64,000 nt of DNA from an uncultured Eubacteriales bacterium (GCA_964423315.1 CAYREO010000012.1:15534-79533); one strand, 5' to 3'. Positions 49,825 through 59,617 are shown, numbered from the stretch's first letter. The notes: generated by a model from the letters alone, not told the origin. Numbers and translations: made by a program.

Positions 49825-50056
49825 CGCGCTTGAAGGACCGCGATTTTATGAGCAGAAGCTAAACTCCTCCCACCCGAGGCCGGCCATGATCGGCGAGCAT
49901 GCAAGGGGGACGATGTGCACTATGGATGGGCCCTCTGTACGACCATTCCCATTTTTGCCATTAAAAATGTGAAAAAAAGCCGCCTTCCAAACTGATGGGG
50001 CGATCTACCGCTGGGCTAACGAGTTGATAATAAAGAAAAAAGTGTGGTCCGACCCC
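49786..50056 (+). mobile_element. Hybrid element: type A arm at left, type B end at right (MITE-like, about 271 bp)
   Basis: GGGGTCAAATCTCCAATCATTAAA at 49786 with no partner arm; CTAA-CGAG-TTGA-N17-TGGTCCGACCCC ending at 50056. Confidence 0.8.
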
Positions 50057-50128
50057 CAAGGTTGACTTGCATGAGGGTGTTGGCTAAGCTTGGGTCATCA
50101 TCAGTCAGGAGCGTAAGGAGGAGCTTCC

Positions 50129-50974
50129 ATGAAAAAGATGATTGCGGCTCTGTTGATGATGATAGTGGCCATGGCGGTCTCCCCGGCCCTGGCGGCCGCG
50201 AAGAGCGTCAAGGTCGTCGATGAGGTAGTCGTCAAGAAGCTGCCGCCGGTCAAGCAACGGCCCATTGAGATCGGCTCCATCCATGAGGCTTACCTGAACG
50301 ATCATTGCCTGATCGGGACCATGCTGCTGAGTGGCGAGAACCGGCAGGCGGTCCTGGACCTGGCCGCCAAGCGGGGGGCCACGATGGTCCTGATAGATTT
50401 CAGCAGGTGGATGGTCGATAAGAAAGAAACATGGGTGTCTCGATACGAGTCAGCCGGGGCCGGGAAGATGCGCACGCAGTGGACCACCGATATCGTGAAG
50501 CGCCCCGGCTTCTATGTGGAGCTGTTCGCGCCCGGCATCGATTACCGCGACGGAGGGCGGCGCTTTTGCGCCCATGGGTGCGGCACGATCGACGAGCTCA
50601 AGCGTTATCTGAGTCTGGGGGTCGATCCGGATGCTCTCCTCGAGTCGATCGTTGAACAACAATCCACCTTCGGCGAATATTTACATATCAGCTGGGTGAC
50701 GCACATGCATGCCGAGCTGGAGATGATCGCCCTCACCCTGAGGAGCGGAGCCAGCGGCAAGAAAGCCGCGAAAATCGCGAACGACAATCTCACAAATCAT
50801 ATCAATAACTATGGATATTCGCTCCCCAATCACTACGACGAAGAGGTCGTCTGGCCCATCGGGCATCTCCCCGCGAACAGTAGCGGTATTGTCCGAGGCG
50901 CAGTAGCCTTCAACCAGGCCTGGCTGGCCAAGATCCGCCTGATGATCTACCGGCACGCCGGCCTCTTGAAATGA
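50129..50974 (+). CDS. Hypothetical exported protein
   Basis: GAGGAG RBS, signal peptide (ALA-AAK), visibly more A/T-ending codons than core genes. Confidence 0.75.
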   Translation: MKKMIAALLMMIVAMAVSPALAAAKSVKVVDEVVVKKLPPVKQRPIEIGSIHEAYLNDHCLIGTMLLSGENRQAVLDLAAKRGATMVLIDFSRWMVDKKETWVSRYESAGAGKMRTQWTTDIVKRPGFYVELFAPGIDYRDGGRRFCAHGCGTIDELKRYLSLGVDPDALLESIVEQQSTFGEYLHISWVTHMHAELEMIALTLRSGASGKKAAKIANDNLTNHINNYGYSLPNHYDEEVVWPIGHLPANSSGIVRGAVAFNQAWLAKIRLMIYRHAGLLK

Positions 50975-51112
50975 GGGACACCTTCTGGCTGCTGGCCGCA
51001 TTTCATCTTTTTAGCGGCTAAAACAAGGAAAAATCGGCTTCCGCAAGCTGATAAGGGCTGTTGCCGATAGATTATTATATTGAAAAACAATGAGATCGTG
51101 TGGTCCGACCCC
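50975..51112 (+). repeat. Type B element (about 138 bp) between convergent genes
   Basis: GGGACAC directly after the TGA; TTGA-N17-TGGTCCGACCCC. Confidence 0.85.
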
Positions 51113-51135
51113 AATCGAGACCGAGATAGGCTTAT

Positions 51136-52266
51136 CTAGCGCCTAACGGCTTTCTCCTTGGCCGGCACGGCGACGTCGACCACGAAGAACCCCCGGACCC
51201 GCTCGATGACCTTCTGTTGTTCCCCCGGGCGTTCGGGGTAAAGAGTGGTCTGGCTGGCGTGGATCTGGTTCTCCGGGGCCCGCGTTACGAGCGCGATGCT
51301 CGAGGCCCGCAGCGGATGGTTCGGGTCATAAACGTCGATGGACATCTGCCCCGTCGCCTCGTTGAACCTGTAACCGGTGGCCAGGACCTGGTGGTTGTGG
51401 AACACCCCGCCCGCGAAGTTGTCCTGCTCGACCCGGATGAGGCCGAGGATGGCCGGCATGCCGGAATCGATGACGCGCCGCAGCTTGGGGACCTCCTGCG
51501 TCGTCTTGTGTCCGATCGTGTGGTAGGCGAGCGCCTGGGGCTTGGTCGGGCTCTGGGTGAACTCGACGAACTTCGCCCACGATCCTTCGGTCATTGTTTG
51601 GAGCTGGGCCGAGACGAGCTCCTGGCCGATCGAGTCCGTGGGTTTCGTGTCCGCCGGGATCGGCGGGCCGCCGGCGTATCTCCTCAGGGCACTGAGGCTC
51701 ATCCCGCCGCACACGGTCCAGTCGGAGCAGATGTTGTTGAAGGGCCAGCAGACCCGCTGTTTGTAATTCGCGAAGCGCCAGCCGTGGGTCGCGGTCTTGA
51801 ACGCGGTGGACTTCTCCACCCAGCGGTCGGCCGGGATCTGCAGATCGATCCGCAGGCTCTCGCGGTGCGGCTTGTCGTTGTAGGTCTTTGACTGGCCGAC
51901 CTTGACCCACACGCCGACGTTCCTCAGGACGGTAATGAAAACATCGGGCCGCCAGGTCGTGATGTTGTGCGGCGCGGGGTCCCAGTGCTTGGCTTCGATC
52001 CGGATCGAATAGTCGCCCTGGGCATCGGTCGTTGTCTCGCCGATGAAGTCGTTCTTGTCGAGGTCGCCCGTCCCGTCGTGGTCGAAGGCCCGGACGCGGA
52101 CGCCGGCGGCGGGCTTGCCGTCCGTGAAAGTGATCCTCCCCAAGACCGGTCCCTTGGCGTAGTCCTGGGCACGGGAGTGGGGGACGAGGGCCGTCAGAAC
52201 GATCCATGCGGCGAGGGCCAGCGGGATTGCGAATTTGTGTTCGGCCGACCTATAGGTCACGGACAT
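51136..52266 (-). CDS. Exported protein: transthyretin/carboxypeptidase-regulatory-like domain plus putative papain-like domain
   Basis: GVRVRAFDHD; CGGMS...HQVLATGY...VYDPN. Confidence 0.7.
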   Translation of the reverse strand: MSVTYRSAEHKFAIPLALAAWIVLTALVPHSRAQDYAKGPVLGRITFTDGKPAAGVRVRAFDHDGTGDLDKNDFIGETTTDAQGDYSIRIEAKHWDPAPHNITTWRPDVFITVLRNVGVWVKVGQSKTYNDKPHRESLRIDLQIPADRWVEKSTAFKTATHGWRFANYKQRVCWPFNNICSDWTVCGGMSLSALRRYAGGPPIPADTKPTDSIGQELVSAQLQTMTEGSWAKFVEFTQSPTKPQALAYHTIGHKTTQEVPKLRRVIDSGMPAILGLIRVEQDNFAGGVFHNHQVLATGYRFNEATGQMSIDVYDPNHPLRASSIALVTRAPENQIHASQTTLYPERPGEQQKVIERVRGFFVVDVAVPAKEKAVRR

Positions 52267-52323
52267 GGATCCTCCTTCCCTTGGAGTCTTTCTGCTCGCT
52301 CTCCATTATCAATGTTTTGTTTT

Positions 52324-52602
52324 GGAGATACAATACCCTTTTCCGGATTTCACGGATTTCCCATGTGTGCGGGGCACACGCTGCCGATTCGCATCAGCCA
52401 ACACCTCTGCCTGCTGGCCTCACCTCGTCCTTTTGGGCAAGAAAGAAGGAGATACTGAGGTCCGGCCCCGATCAAGGCCCCCTATACGACCTCTCCTTTT
52501 TTGCCCTCAAAAAGGTGAAAATCAGGCGACCGCCAAACTGATGAGCAGATTCGCCACGGACCTAACGAGTTGATAATAAAGAAAAAAATGTGGTCCGACC
52601 CC
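52324..52602 (+). repeat. Type B element (about 279 bp)
   Basis: Degenerate left end GGAGATACAATACC; CTAA-CGAG-TTGA-N17-TGGTCCGACCCC. Confidence 0.88.
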
Positions 52603-53935
52603 AATCAAGGGAATCGAGGAGGGCCTGCGTGGTGACGGCAGGCGAGACGGCGACGAAGCGCAGGGCGGCCCGGCCGTTGATGCGGGTGATCGAGACCGAG
52701 CGCTCCCCGCTCTCCTGCATCCGATTGTAGATCTCGAGCTGCAGCGCGTCGAGCCGCTCGTCCGCCACTCCCTCCGGCTTGAGGCGCACGCACAGGATCC
52801 CCGTGTCCGGGATGTGGCAGACCTCGACATCCGGCGCGCCGGCCAGCGCCTCGGCGAATCCCGTGATGGCCGCAAGCGGCGCCCGCAGCCTCTCCCGCAC
52901 TCCGGCCAATCCCTGGTGTTTGAGCGACGCGACCAGCGCCAGCGCCGACATCGGCCGGGTCGACGGCGCCGACTTCAAGCCCGGGTTCGGCCGCGTGTCG
53001 TCCTCGCGGTTGAAATACTCCCCGTAGATGGCCATCCGCCGGAAGTCCTCGCGCCGCTTGACGAACAGGACCGAGCTGGGGATGGGCACTCCGAGCTGCT
53101 TGTGAGGGTCCCAGGTCACCGAATCCGCCCTTTCGTAACCCGCGAAAAGCGGCGCGAACTCCGGCACCAGCGCGTAGGCCAGGCCGTAGGCGCCGTCGGC
53201 GTGGACCCAGGTCCGCGTCCCCTCGCACAGGTCGACGACCGCGCCCACGGGATCGACAGCTCCCGTCGAGGTCGTCCCGGTCGTGGCCACGACGGCGAAG
53301 AGATCCTCCCGCAGCCGCGTGTTCGACAGGATCTCCTCCAGGGCCTCGACGTTCATCCGCTGGCGCCCGTCGACCGGGATGCGGATGAGGCTCTCCTCGC
53401 CGAGCCCCAGCATGCGCACGGCGTGACGGACCGAGAAGTGGGCCTGCTCCGAGACGGCCACGGCCAAGCGCTCGGGCTTGCGGAACCCGCGCAAACCCTT
53501 GGCCGCCAGGTCGAACCCGCAGTCCTCGGCCTTGCGGTGAAGGGCCATGTACAGGGCCTGCTGGTTGGCGTACGTCCCGCAATACATGAAGGTCGCCGCG
53601 GCCGTCTCCGGGAACCCGAACAGCCGGACGAGCGTCTCGCCGCACATCTCCTCGAGCACGGCCCCGCCCGGCGAGACCTGCCAGTTTGTCACACCCTGGT
53701 TGTGGCTCAGGGCGACCGCCGCGCCCAGCTCGGCCCCGGCCTCGGGCGGCGTATTGAAAAAGGAATGGAACGACGGCAATCCGTAATCCGCGAGATGCGG
53801 CACGAGCCGCTCGTCGATGAGCCGCCCGACCTCCTCGAGCGGCGTCCCCTGCTCGCCGAACTCGACGAGGGGAGCGAGATCACGGGCGATCGCTTCGGGG
53901 GTCGCTCCGGAGTAGATCTTTTTGTTCATGGCCAA
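52562..53935 (-). CDS. Group II PLP-dependent decarboxylase (Ddc-like); stop supplied by type B element
   Basis: SEQAHFSV, TTGTTSTGAVDP, WVHADGAYG, SVTWDPHKQL (PLP lysine). Confidence 0.9.
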   Translation of the reverse strand: MAMNKKIYSGATPEAIARDLAPLVEFGEQGTPLEEVGRLIDERLVPHLADYGLPSFHSFFNTPPEAGAELGAAVALSHNQGVTNWQVSPGGAVLEEMCGETLVRLFGFPETAAATFMYCGTYANQQALYMALHRKAEDCGFDLAAKGLRGFRKPERLAVAVSEQAHFSVRHAVRMLGLGEESLIRIPVDGRQRMNVEALEEILSNTRLREDLFAVVATTGTTSTGAVDPVGAVVDLCEGTRTWVHADGAYGLAYALVPEFAPLFAGYERADSVTWDPHKQLGVPIPSSVLFVKRREDFRRMAIYGEYFNREDDTRPNPGLKSAPSTRPMSALALVASLKHQGLAGVRERLRAPLAAITGFAEALAGAPDVEVCHIPDTGILCVRLKPEGVADERLDALQLEIYNRMQESGERSVSITRINGRAALRFVAVSPAVTTQALLDSLDWGRTTFFSLLSTR

Positions 53936-54150
53936 CCTCCGCTTTTCTCAGCCCGCCGCTTTCTGAAGGATCATCTCGCGCCTCACGTCCGCCATCCGTC
54001 GCCCGGCGCCTTCCGCGCGCGCCCTCGCGCTCCGCGCTGTCGATCCGCCTGTTTGTCTCTTCCTGGCGCCCCGGCTCTTTGTCTCCGCCCGGACGCTCTT
54101 CGGCCCCTCGCCGTCCCTTAACGGGCGAAGCATCGTCAGCACCAGGGCTA

Positions 54151-54834
54151 TCACGCCTCCGGGTTATACCGGCCGGCCTTGCTCGTCGCGACCCCGTAGC
54201 GGGCCATCCCCGCCGCGACGATCAGCGCGCAGACGACGCCGTCGAGTACCGGAACGCCGAGCCGCTTTTCGAGTCTCTTATCGAGTCCGGCCAGCCCGGC
54301 GCAGCCCAGGACGATGACCTCGGCCCCGTCCTCGTCGACGGCCGCCCGCCCCGCCCGGAAAAACCTCTCCTCGAGGTCGCTCTCCGCCCCCTCCAGCCCC
54401 TCGACCTCCGGCGCCCGGACCGAAGCCAGCGCCCCCCTCAGCCCGTAGCGCTCGATGAGGGCCTCCTTGTTGGGGATCGAGCGCGCCGCGGTCGACAGGA
54501 CCGAGAACCTGTGCCCGAGCATGGTGGCCATTTTCATCGAGGCCTCGCCGATGCCGACGACGGGCTTGCGGCCGATCTCCTTCATCAGGTCCAGGTTCGG
54601 GTCGCAGTGGCAGGCGACGACGAAAGCGTCGAACGCCTCGTGGTTCTCCCGCAGCAGCTTGGCCATCCCCGGCGCGGCCAAGGCCTGGTCCTCGTAGGTG
54701 TCGATGAACCGCGGCGCCCCCGGCGTCGCCAGACACGCGACCTCGAACGCCCCTCCCGCGAAGGCCCGCGCCGCCTCCTCGATCCTCTGCGTCATGCCGG
54801 GGTCGCTGTTGGGGTTGATGATCAGGATCTTCAT
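54151..54834 (-). CDS. Hydantoin racemase / Asp-Glu racemase family protein
   Basis: MKILIINPNSD, VVACHCDP, VVGIGEAS, IVLGCAGLAG, VPVLDGV. Confidence 0.92.
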   Translation of the reverse strand: MKILIINPNSDPGMTQRIEEAARAFAGGAFEVACLATPGAPRFIDTYEDQALAAPGMAKLLRENHEAFDAFVVACHCDPNLDLMKEIGRKPVVGIGEASMKMATMLGHRFSVLSTAARSIPNKEALIERYGLRGALASVRAPEVEGLEGAESDLEERFFRAGRAAVDEDGAEVIVLGCAGLAGLDKRLEKRLGVPVLDGVVCALIVAAGMARYGVATSKAGRYNPEA

Positions 54835-56267
54835 GTCGCCCTCCTCTTGCCGGCCGTCCGGATGTATTCGCGCGTCCGGTCGGTGATGTCCGTGGCATAG
54901 GCGTTGCGTCCCTCGAGGCAGTCCTTCATCAAGGCGAAGAACACGCCGCTCAAGGCCAGGATGGCCGCGAGGTTCGGCAGGGCGCAGGCGCCCACGGCGA
55001 TATTGGCGAAGACCCACAGGCGGTCGACGTCGGCGAACCCGGCGAAAAGGACCCCCGGCACGAGATAGACCCAGCGCAGCCAGCGCATGGCCGCCCCGCC
55101 GAAGACGTGGGACGCGGCCGTCTCGAAGTAGATGAAGAACCCGATCTGGGTCGTCAGGCAGAACGTCAGGATGGAGAACGAGACGACGGCCGAGGCCGCC
55201 GCGGCCGGGAGCGAGGAGCGGAAGGCGGCCAGGACGAGCTCGATCCCCGTCCGCCCGCCGTCGAGGACACCCGTCGACAGGATGGCGAAGGCCGTGATCG
55301 AGCAGATGACGACGGTGTCGACGAAGACCTCGAACGCGCCCCACATCCCCTGCTGGAACGGATGCGGCGTGTCGGCGGTGGCGTGGGCCATGGGCGCCGT
55401 GCCGAGGCCGGCCTCGTTCGAGAGCATGCCCCGGGCCATGCCGTACTTGAGGGCCGCGGCGACGCTGCGGCCGGCGACCCCCGCGGCGGCGGGCACGGGC
55501 GAGAAAGCGTGGCCGACGATCATGGCCAGGACGGCCGGCGCCTTCCCGATGTTGAGAAGGAAGACGACGAGCCCGGCCGCGATGTAAACGAGGGACATGA
55601 CCGGAACCAGCCGCGCGCAGAACCCGCCGATGCGCCGGAGGCCGCCGAGGATGACCGCGCCCGCGACCACGGCGATGACCGCCGTCGTGATGTAAGGGTT
55701 GAGGCCGTAGCTCCCGAGGAAGGCCCGGCCGACGGTGTGGGACTGCAGGAGCGTCGCCGTGAACAGGGCGTTGACGATGACCCCGACGCTGAAGGCCTTG
55801 GCCAGCGGACCCCAGCCGAGGCCCTTGCGGATGTAGTGCATCGGGCCGCCGCGGACCGGGCCGTCGCCGCCTTCGGTCGTGCCCGCGTCGCGATAATGGA
55901 CGGCCAGGGTGATCTCGGCCGTCTTGGTCATCATCCCCAGGAAGGCCAGGACCCACATCCAGAAGACCGCCCCTGGGCCGCCGAGCGACAGGGCCGTAGC
56001 CACGCCGGCCATGTTGCCCATGCCGACCGTGCCGGCCAGGGCCGTCGAGACGGCCTGAAAAGGGGTCAGGCGGCCGGCTCGGGCGTCCGCGCGCTTGCCG
56101 AGGACCGTGCCGGCCGTGCGCCGGAGGATGAAGCCGAATTTGCGGACCTGGAAGAAGCGCGAGCGCAGGGTGAAGAACAGGGCCGTCGCGGCGATGAAGG
56201 CCGTCGTCCACGGCCCCCAGAGGAGGGCGTCGATGCGGGCGGCGACAGCGAGCAGTTGTTCTATCAT
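54831..56267 (-). CDS. Alanine/glycine:cation symporter (AGCS) family
   Basis: ALAGTVGMGNMAGVA, GGPGAVFWMW, GGPMHYI, SNEAGLGTAP, FVDTVVIC. Confidence 0.93.
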   Translation of the reverse strand: MIEQLLAVAARIDALLWGPWTTAFIAATALFFTLRSRFFQVRKFGFILRRTAGTVLGKRADARAGRLTPFQAVSTALAGTVGMGNMAGVATALSLGGPGAVFWMWVLAFLGMMTKTAEITLAVHYRDAGTTEGGDGPVRGGPMHYIRKGLGWGPLAKAFSVGVIVNALFTATLLQSHTVGRAFLGSYGLNPYITTAVIAVVAGAVILGGLRRIGGFCARLVPVMSLVYIAAGLVVFLLNIGKAPAVLAMIVGHAFSPVPAAAGVAGRSVAAALKYGMARGMLSNEAGLGTAPMAHATADTPHPFQQGMWGAFEVFVDTVVICSITAFAILSTGVLDGGRTGIELVLAAFRSSLPAAAASAVVSFSILTFCLTTQIGFFIYFETAASHVFGGAAMRWLRWVYLVPGVLFAGFADVDRLWVFANIAVGACALPNLAAILALSGVFFALMKDCLEGRNAYATDITDRTREYIRTAGKRRAT

Positions 56268-56352
56268 CGGACCGGGCCGGCCTCGGGCCGCGCCGCAAGC
56301 TTATCCAGTCGCCGGAGCCGTTGTCAAGCCAAGAAGGCCTCCGTTCAGCTTT

Positions 56353-56469
56353 GTGAAGGATATCACCCCTAGCCCCCCGGCCCCCCGGGAACCAGTCCCG
56401 ACGGTTCCCCCGTCGCCAAAGCGACGGGTCCCCCTCCGCTACGGGGGTCTTCGGGGCGACATCCTTCAC
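56353..56469. repeat. 117-bp GC-rich palindromic element with 17-bp imperfect terminal inverted repeats
   Basis: GTGAAGGATATCACCCC / GGGGCGACATCCTTCAC (15/17); inner hairpin CGTCGC-CAAA-GCGACG. Confidence 0.7.
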
Positions 56470-56597
56470 CGCCTCACTCCGGCCTTCCAATGCGGAAAAC
56501 GGGGACAGGCGGGGAAAAGGCGGGGGACACGAATCGGAAGTACCTGCGGCCGCTTCTTTCGTTAAGCCTAGCGGAGGGCTTCCTGGGATTCAACGTT

Positions 56598-58004
56598 TTA
56601 GGCGAGCGTGCGGTGCAGATAACGCCCGCGGCCGGGGCGTCCGACAAGATCTTCGCCGTCGACGATGAGCTCGCCGCGCGACCAGACCTTGAGGACCTTG
56701 CCGATGACGGGGAGGCCCTCGTAGGCCGACCAGTCCGCGGCCATGTGGAGCGTGTCGCGGCTCATGATCCACTCGGCCGTCGGGTCGAACAGGACGACGT
56801 CGGCGTCGGCGCCGGGCGCGAGGCTCCCCTTGCGGGGCGCGAGGCCGAAAAGCCGGGCCGGGGCGGTGGACGCGATATCGACAAGGCGCGTGAGAGGAAG
56901 CCCGCGCTTGACGACCCCTTCCGAATGGAGAAGCGGCAGGCGGACCTCGACGCCCGGGATGCCGTTCGGGCAGAGGTCGAAGCGCTCGGCGCCCATCAGC
57001 TTGGCCTGCCACGAATAGGCCGCGTCGTCGGAGCTGACCTGGGCGATGCGTCCGTCGGCCACGGCCTCCCAGAGCCGGTCGCGGACGGCGGCGGTCCGCA
57101 GCGGCGGCGAGCAGATCCATTTGATGCCGTCGTCGCGCGCCAGCATGTCCTCGGTGAAGACGAGGTAGTGGGTGCAGGTCTCGGCGCGGACGTCGAGCCC
57201 TTCGCGGCGGGCCGCGGCGACGAGGTCGATGCCCTCGGCCGTGGCCATGTGGACGATGAACAGGCGGCCGCGCGTCTCGCGGGCGGCGCCGATGGCCCGG
57301 GCGATGGCCGCGTTCTCGACCTCGGGCGGACGGCTGCGGGCGTGGTAGATGGGCGCGACGCGCCCCTCGGCGACGAGGCGCGGGATAGTCCTTTCGAGGG
57401 CGTCGTTGTCCTCGGCGTGGACGAGGAGCACGCCGCCGGCCCGGCGCAGGGCGTCGAGGATCGCCGCGAGCTCCTCGGGCCCGACCATCAGGCCCTCCTG
57501 GCGGTAGGTCAGGTAGCACTTGACGGTCGGGGCGCCGGCTTCGACGATGGCCGGGATGCCGGCGAATGTCTCGGCGGTGGGGCGGGTGATGACCGGGTGG
57601 ACGCCCCAATCGATGAGGGCCTTGCCCGCGGCCTCGTCTTTCTTGCGGTCGATCGTCCGGAGAAGGGGCTCGCCGTCCTCCTGGTTCGAGAAATCGATGA
57701 CCGAGGTCACCCCGCCGAAGGCCGCGGCGCGCGTGCCGCTCTCGTAGTCGTGGACGCTGACCGTGCCCATGAAGGCGTCGTTGAAGTGGACGTGGGTGTC
57801 GACGGCGCCGGGGAGGACGAGCAGTCCCGCGGCGTCGATGACGCGGTCGATGGGGCCGATGGAGACAAACGCGCCGCCGCCTTCGAGGCGCCCGCCGCAC
57901 GCGGCGATCGTCTCGCCCTCGATGAGAAGATCGCCGGGCGAGGAGGATTCGGACGTGACGATCGTGCCGCCGCGGATGAGGGTCCGGGGCGCGCGAGGGC
58001 TCAT
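56598..58004 (-). CDS. hydA: Dihydropyrimidinase / D-hydantoinase
   Basis: PGAVDTHVH, AAAFGGVT, VKCYLTY, LVHAED, IVHMAT, AETCTHYL, CSPPLR, SSDD, PNGIPGVE. Confidence 0.92.
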   Translation of the reverse strand: MSPRAPRTLIRGGTIVTSESSSPGDLLIEGETIAACGGRLEGGGAFVSIGPIDRVIDAAGLLVLPGAVDTHVHFNDAFMGTVSVHDYESGTRAAAFGGVTSVIDFSNQEDGEPLLRTIDRKKDEAAGKALIDWGVHPVITRPTAETFAGIPAIVEAGAPTVKCYLTYRQEGLMVGPEELAAILDALRRAGGVLLVHAEDNDALERTIPRLVAEGRVAPIYHARSRPPEVENAAIARAIGAARETRGRLFIVHMATAEGIDLVAAARREGLDVRAETCTHYLVFTEDMLARDDGIKWICSPPLRTAAVRDRLWEAVADGRIAQVSSDDAAYSWQAKLMGAERFDLCPNGIPGVEVRLPLLHSEGVVKRGLPLTRLVDIASTAPARLFGLAPRKGSLAPGADADVVLFDPTAEWIMSRDTLHMAADWSAYEGLPVIGKVLKVWSRGELIVDGEDLVGRPGRGRYLHRTLA

Positions 58005-58026
58005 GGCGTCCGCTCTCCCGCGGCCC

Positions 58027-59460
58027 TCATCGCCCCGACTTCTCCACCATACGCACGGCTTCGGCGAAGATCTCCAGTCCCTTGCGGGCGTGGGCCTCGG
58101 TGACGACCAAGGGCGGCAGGAAGCGGGCGACGTTGAAGTAGTGGCCGCCGACCTCGATGAGCAGGCCGCGGCGATGGCAGGCCGCGCGGACCTTGGCGGC
58201 GAGCTCGGGCGCGGGCTTGCGGGTGGACTTGTCCTCGACGAACTCGACGCCGAGCATCAGTCCGCGGCCGCGGGCCTCGCCGATGATGGCCGAGTCCCTC
58301 TCGAGCGCCTTGAGGGTTTCGAGCATCGCCCGGCCCAGGCGTTCGGCGCGGGCGGCCAGGCCGCGGTCGAGCATGAAGCGCAGGGACGCGGCGCCGGCGG
58401 CGTAGGCCACGACATTGCCCCGGAAGGTGCCGATGTGCTTGCCGCGCGGGAGCGTGTTGAGACGCTCCTTGTAGGCGGTCGCGGAGATGGGGAAGCCCAG
58501 GCCGCCCAAGGCCTTGCTCATGGTGACGATGTCGGGGACGGCGCCCGAGTGCTCGAAGGCGAAGAACTTGCCGGTGCGGCAGAAGCCGGCCTGGATCTCG
58601 TCGACGATGAGCAGGACCTCGTGCTTGTCGCAGATCGCGCGGACGGCCGCCAGCCAGCCGTCCGGCGGGACGATCGAGCCGCCCTCGCCCTGGACGGCCT
58701 CGACGATGACCGCCGCGGGGCGGGCGATCCCGGAGTGCGGGTCCTCGAGCTTGTGGTCGAGATAGGCGGCGCAGTGGAGATCGCAGGTTTCGGGCGACTT
58801 GGCGAAGGCGCAGCGGTAGCAGTAGGCGTAGGGCAGGAAGTGGACCTCGGGAAGGAGAGGCAGGAAATCGGCGCGGAAGGGCTCGCCGCTCGTCAGCGAC
58901 AGGGCGCCGGCGGTCATGCCGTGGTAGGAGCCTTCGAAGGCGATGATCGGGATGCGGCGGGTGTTGTACTTGGCCAGCTTGACGGCGCTTTCGACGGCGT
59001 CCGAGCCGGTCGGGCCGGCGAAGAAAAGGCGCGAGAGCTCTGGGGGGAGGACCATGCGCAGGGCTTCGACGAGCGCCCGGCGGGGCGGGCTGGGGATGTC
59101 GAGCGTGTGGGTCAGGTCGTCCAGCTGGGCGCGGGCGGCCTCGAGGACGTCGGGGTGGGAGTGGCCGACGTTGAGGACCCCGGCCCCGCCGAAAAAGTCG
59201 ATGTAGACGTTGCCGTCGACGTCCTCGACCGTGGCCCCGCGGCCGCGGCGCAGGGCCATGGGCAGGCCGCGCGGGTAGGAGACGGCCGAGCTTTCGTGGC
59301 GTTCCTGGAATTCGAGGAAGTCGCGGGACTCCGGCCCGGGGGGAGGCGAGGCGATGAGGGGGGCGCGGGGGTCGGAGAGCCGCTCGAAGATCTCTTCGGG
59401 GGCCGTTTCGGGGGAGGGTGCGGGATCATGGGAGGATGCGAGGGGCTTTCGTTCGTCCAT
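58027..59460 (-). CDS. Class III aminotransferase, diaminobutyrate--2-oxoglutarate transaminase (Dat/EctB)-like
   Basis: [51 protein letters not shown]. Confidence 0.85.
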   Translation of the reverse strand: MDERKPLASSHDPAPSPETAPEEIFERLSDPRAPLIASPPPGPESRDFLEFQERHESSAVSYPRGLPMALRRGRGATVEDVDGNVYIDFFGGAGVLNVGHSHPDVLEAARAQLDDLTHTLDIPSPPRRALVEALRMVLPPELSRLFFAGPTGSDAVESAVKLAKYNTRRIPIIAFEGSYHGMTAGALSLTSGEPFRADFLPLLPEVHFLPYAYCYRCAFAKSPETCDLHCAAYLDHKLEDPHSGIARPAAVIVEAVQGEGGSIVPPDGWLAAVRAICDKHEVLLIVDEIQAGFCRTGKFFAFEHSGAVPDIVTMSKALGGLGFPISATAYKERLNTLPRGKHIGTFRGNVVAYAAGAASLRFMLDRGLAARAERLGRAMLETLKALERDSAIIGEARGRGLMLGVEFVEDKSTRKPAPELAAKVRAACHRRGLLIEVGGHYFNVARFLPPLVVTEAHARKGLEIFAEAVRMVEKSGR

Positions 59461-59575
59461 GGGGGCCTCGTGTCTTTATCAGGTAGGCCGCGGAGTGTGC
59501 ACTTCGACGGGAACGGGGCGCGCACATCCCGCCGGCCGAGCAAATTGTCGTGCCCGCGGCGAGAATTGTCAAGAA

Positions 59576-59617
59576 GCAAGAAGGGGAGCAAGAAGGGGAG
59601 GTTTGACCCTCTCCCCG
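59576..59617. repeat. Collapsed type A-like remnant or terminator at the toxin 3' end
   Basis: GCAAGAAGGGGA x2 then GGTTTGACCCTCTCCCC; both outer ends of type A with the arms missing. Confidence 0.5.

Noticed and set aside
46462-52602. Type B elements as integron attC sites (CTAAC resembles the RYYYAAC box)
   Set aside because: Only the 52560 copy fits RYYYAAC, there is no paired GTTRRRY box, cargo is in both orientations and no intI is present.
53948-54154. 68-aa ORF between the racemase and decarboxylase
   Set aside because: Its GTG overlaps the upstream stop, but the sequence is low-complexity and has no motif; cannot be supported as a gene.
56268-56597. Glycine riboswitch upstream of the AGCS symporter
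   Set aside because: Hallmark GGAGA/CCGAAG/CTCTCAGG motifs are not present on the minus strand.
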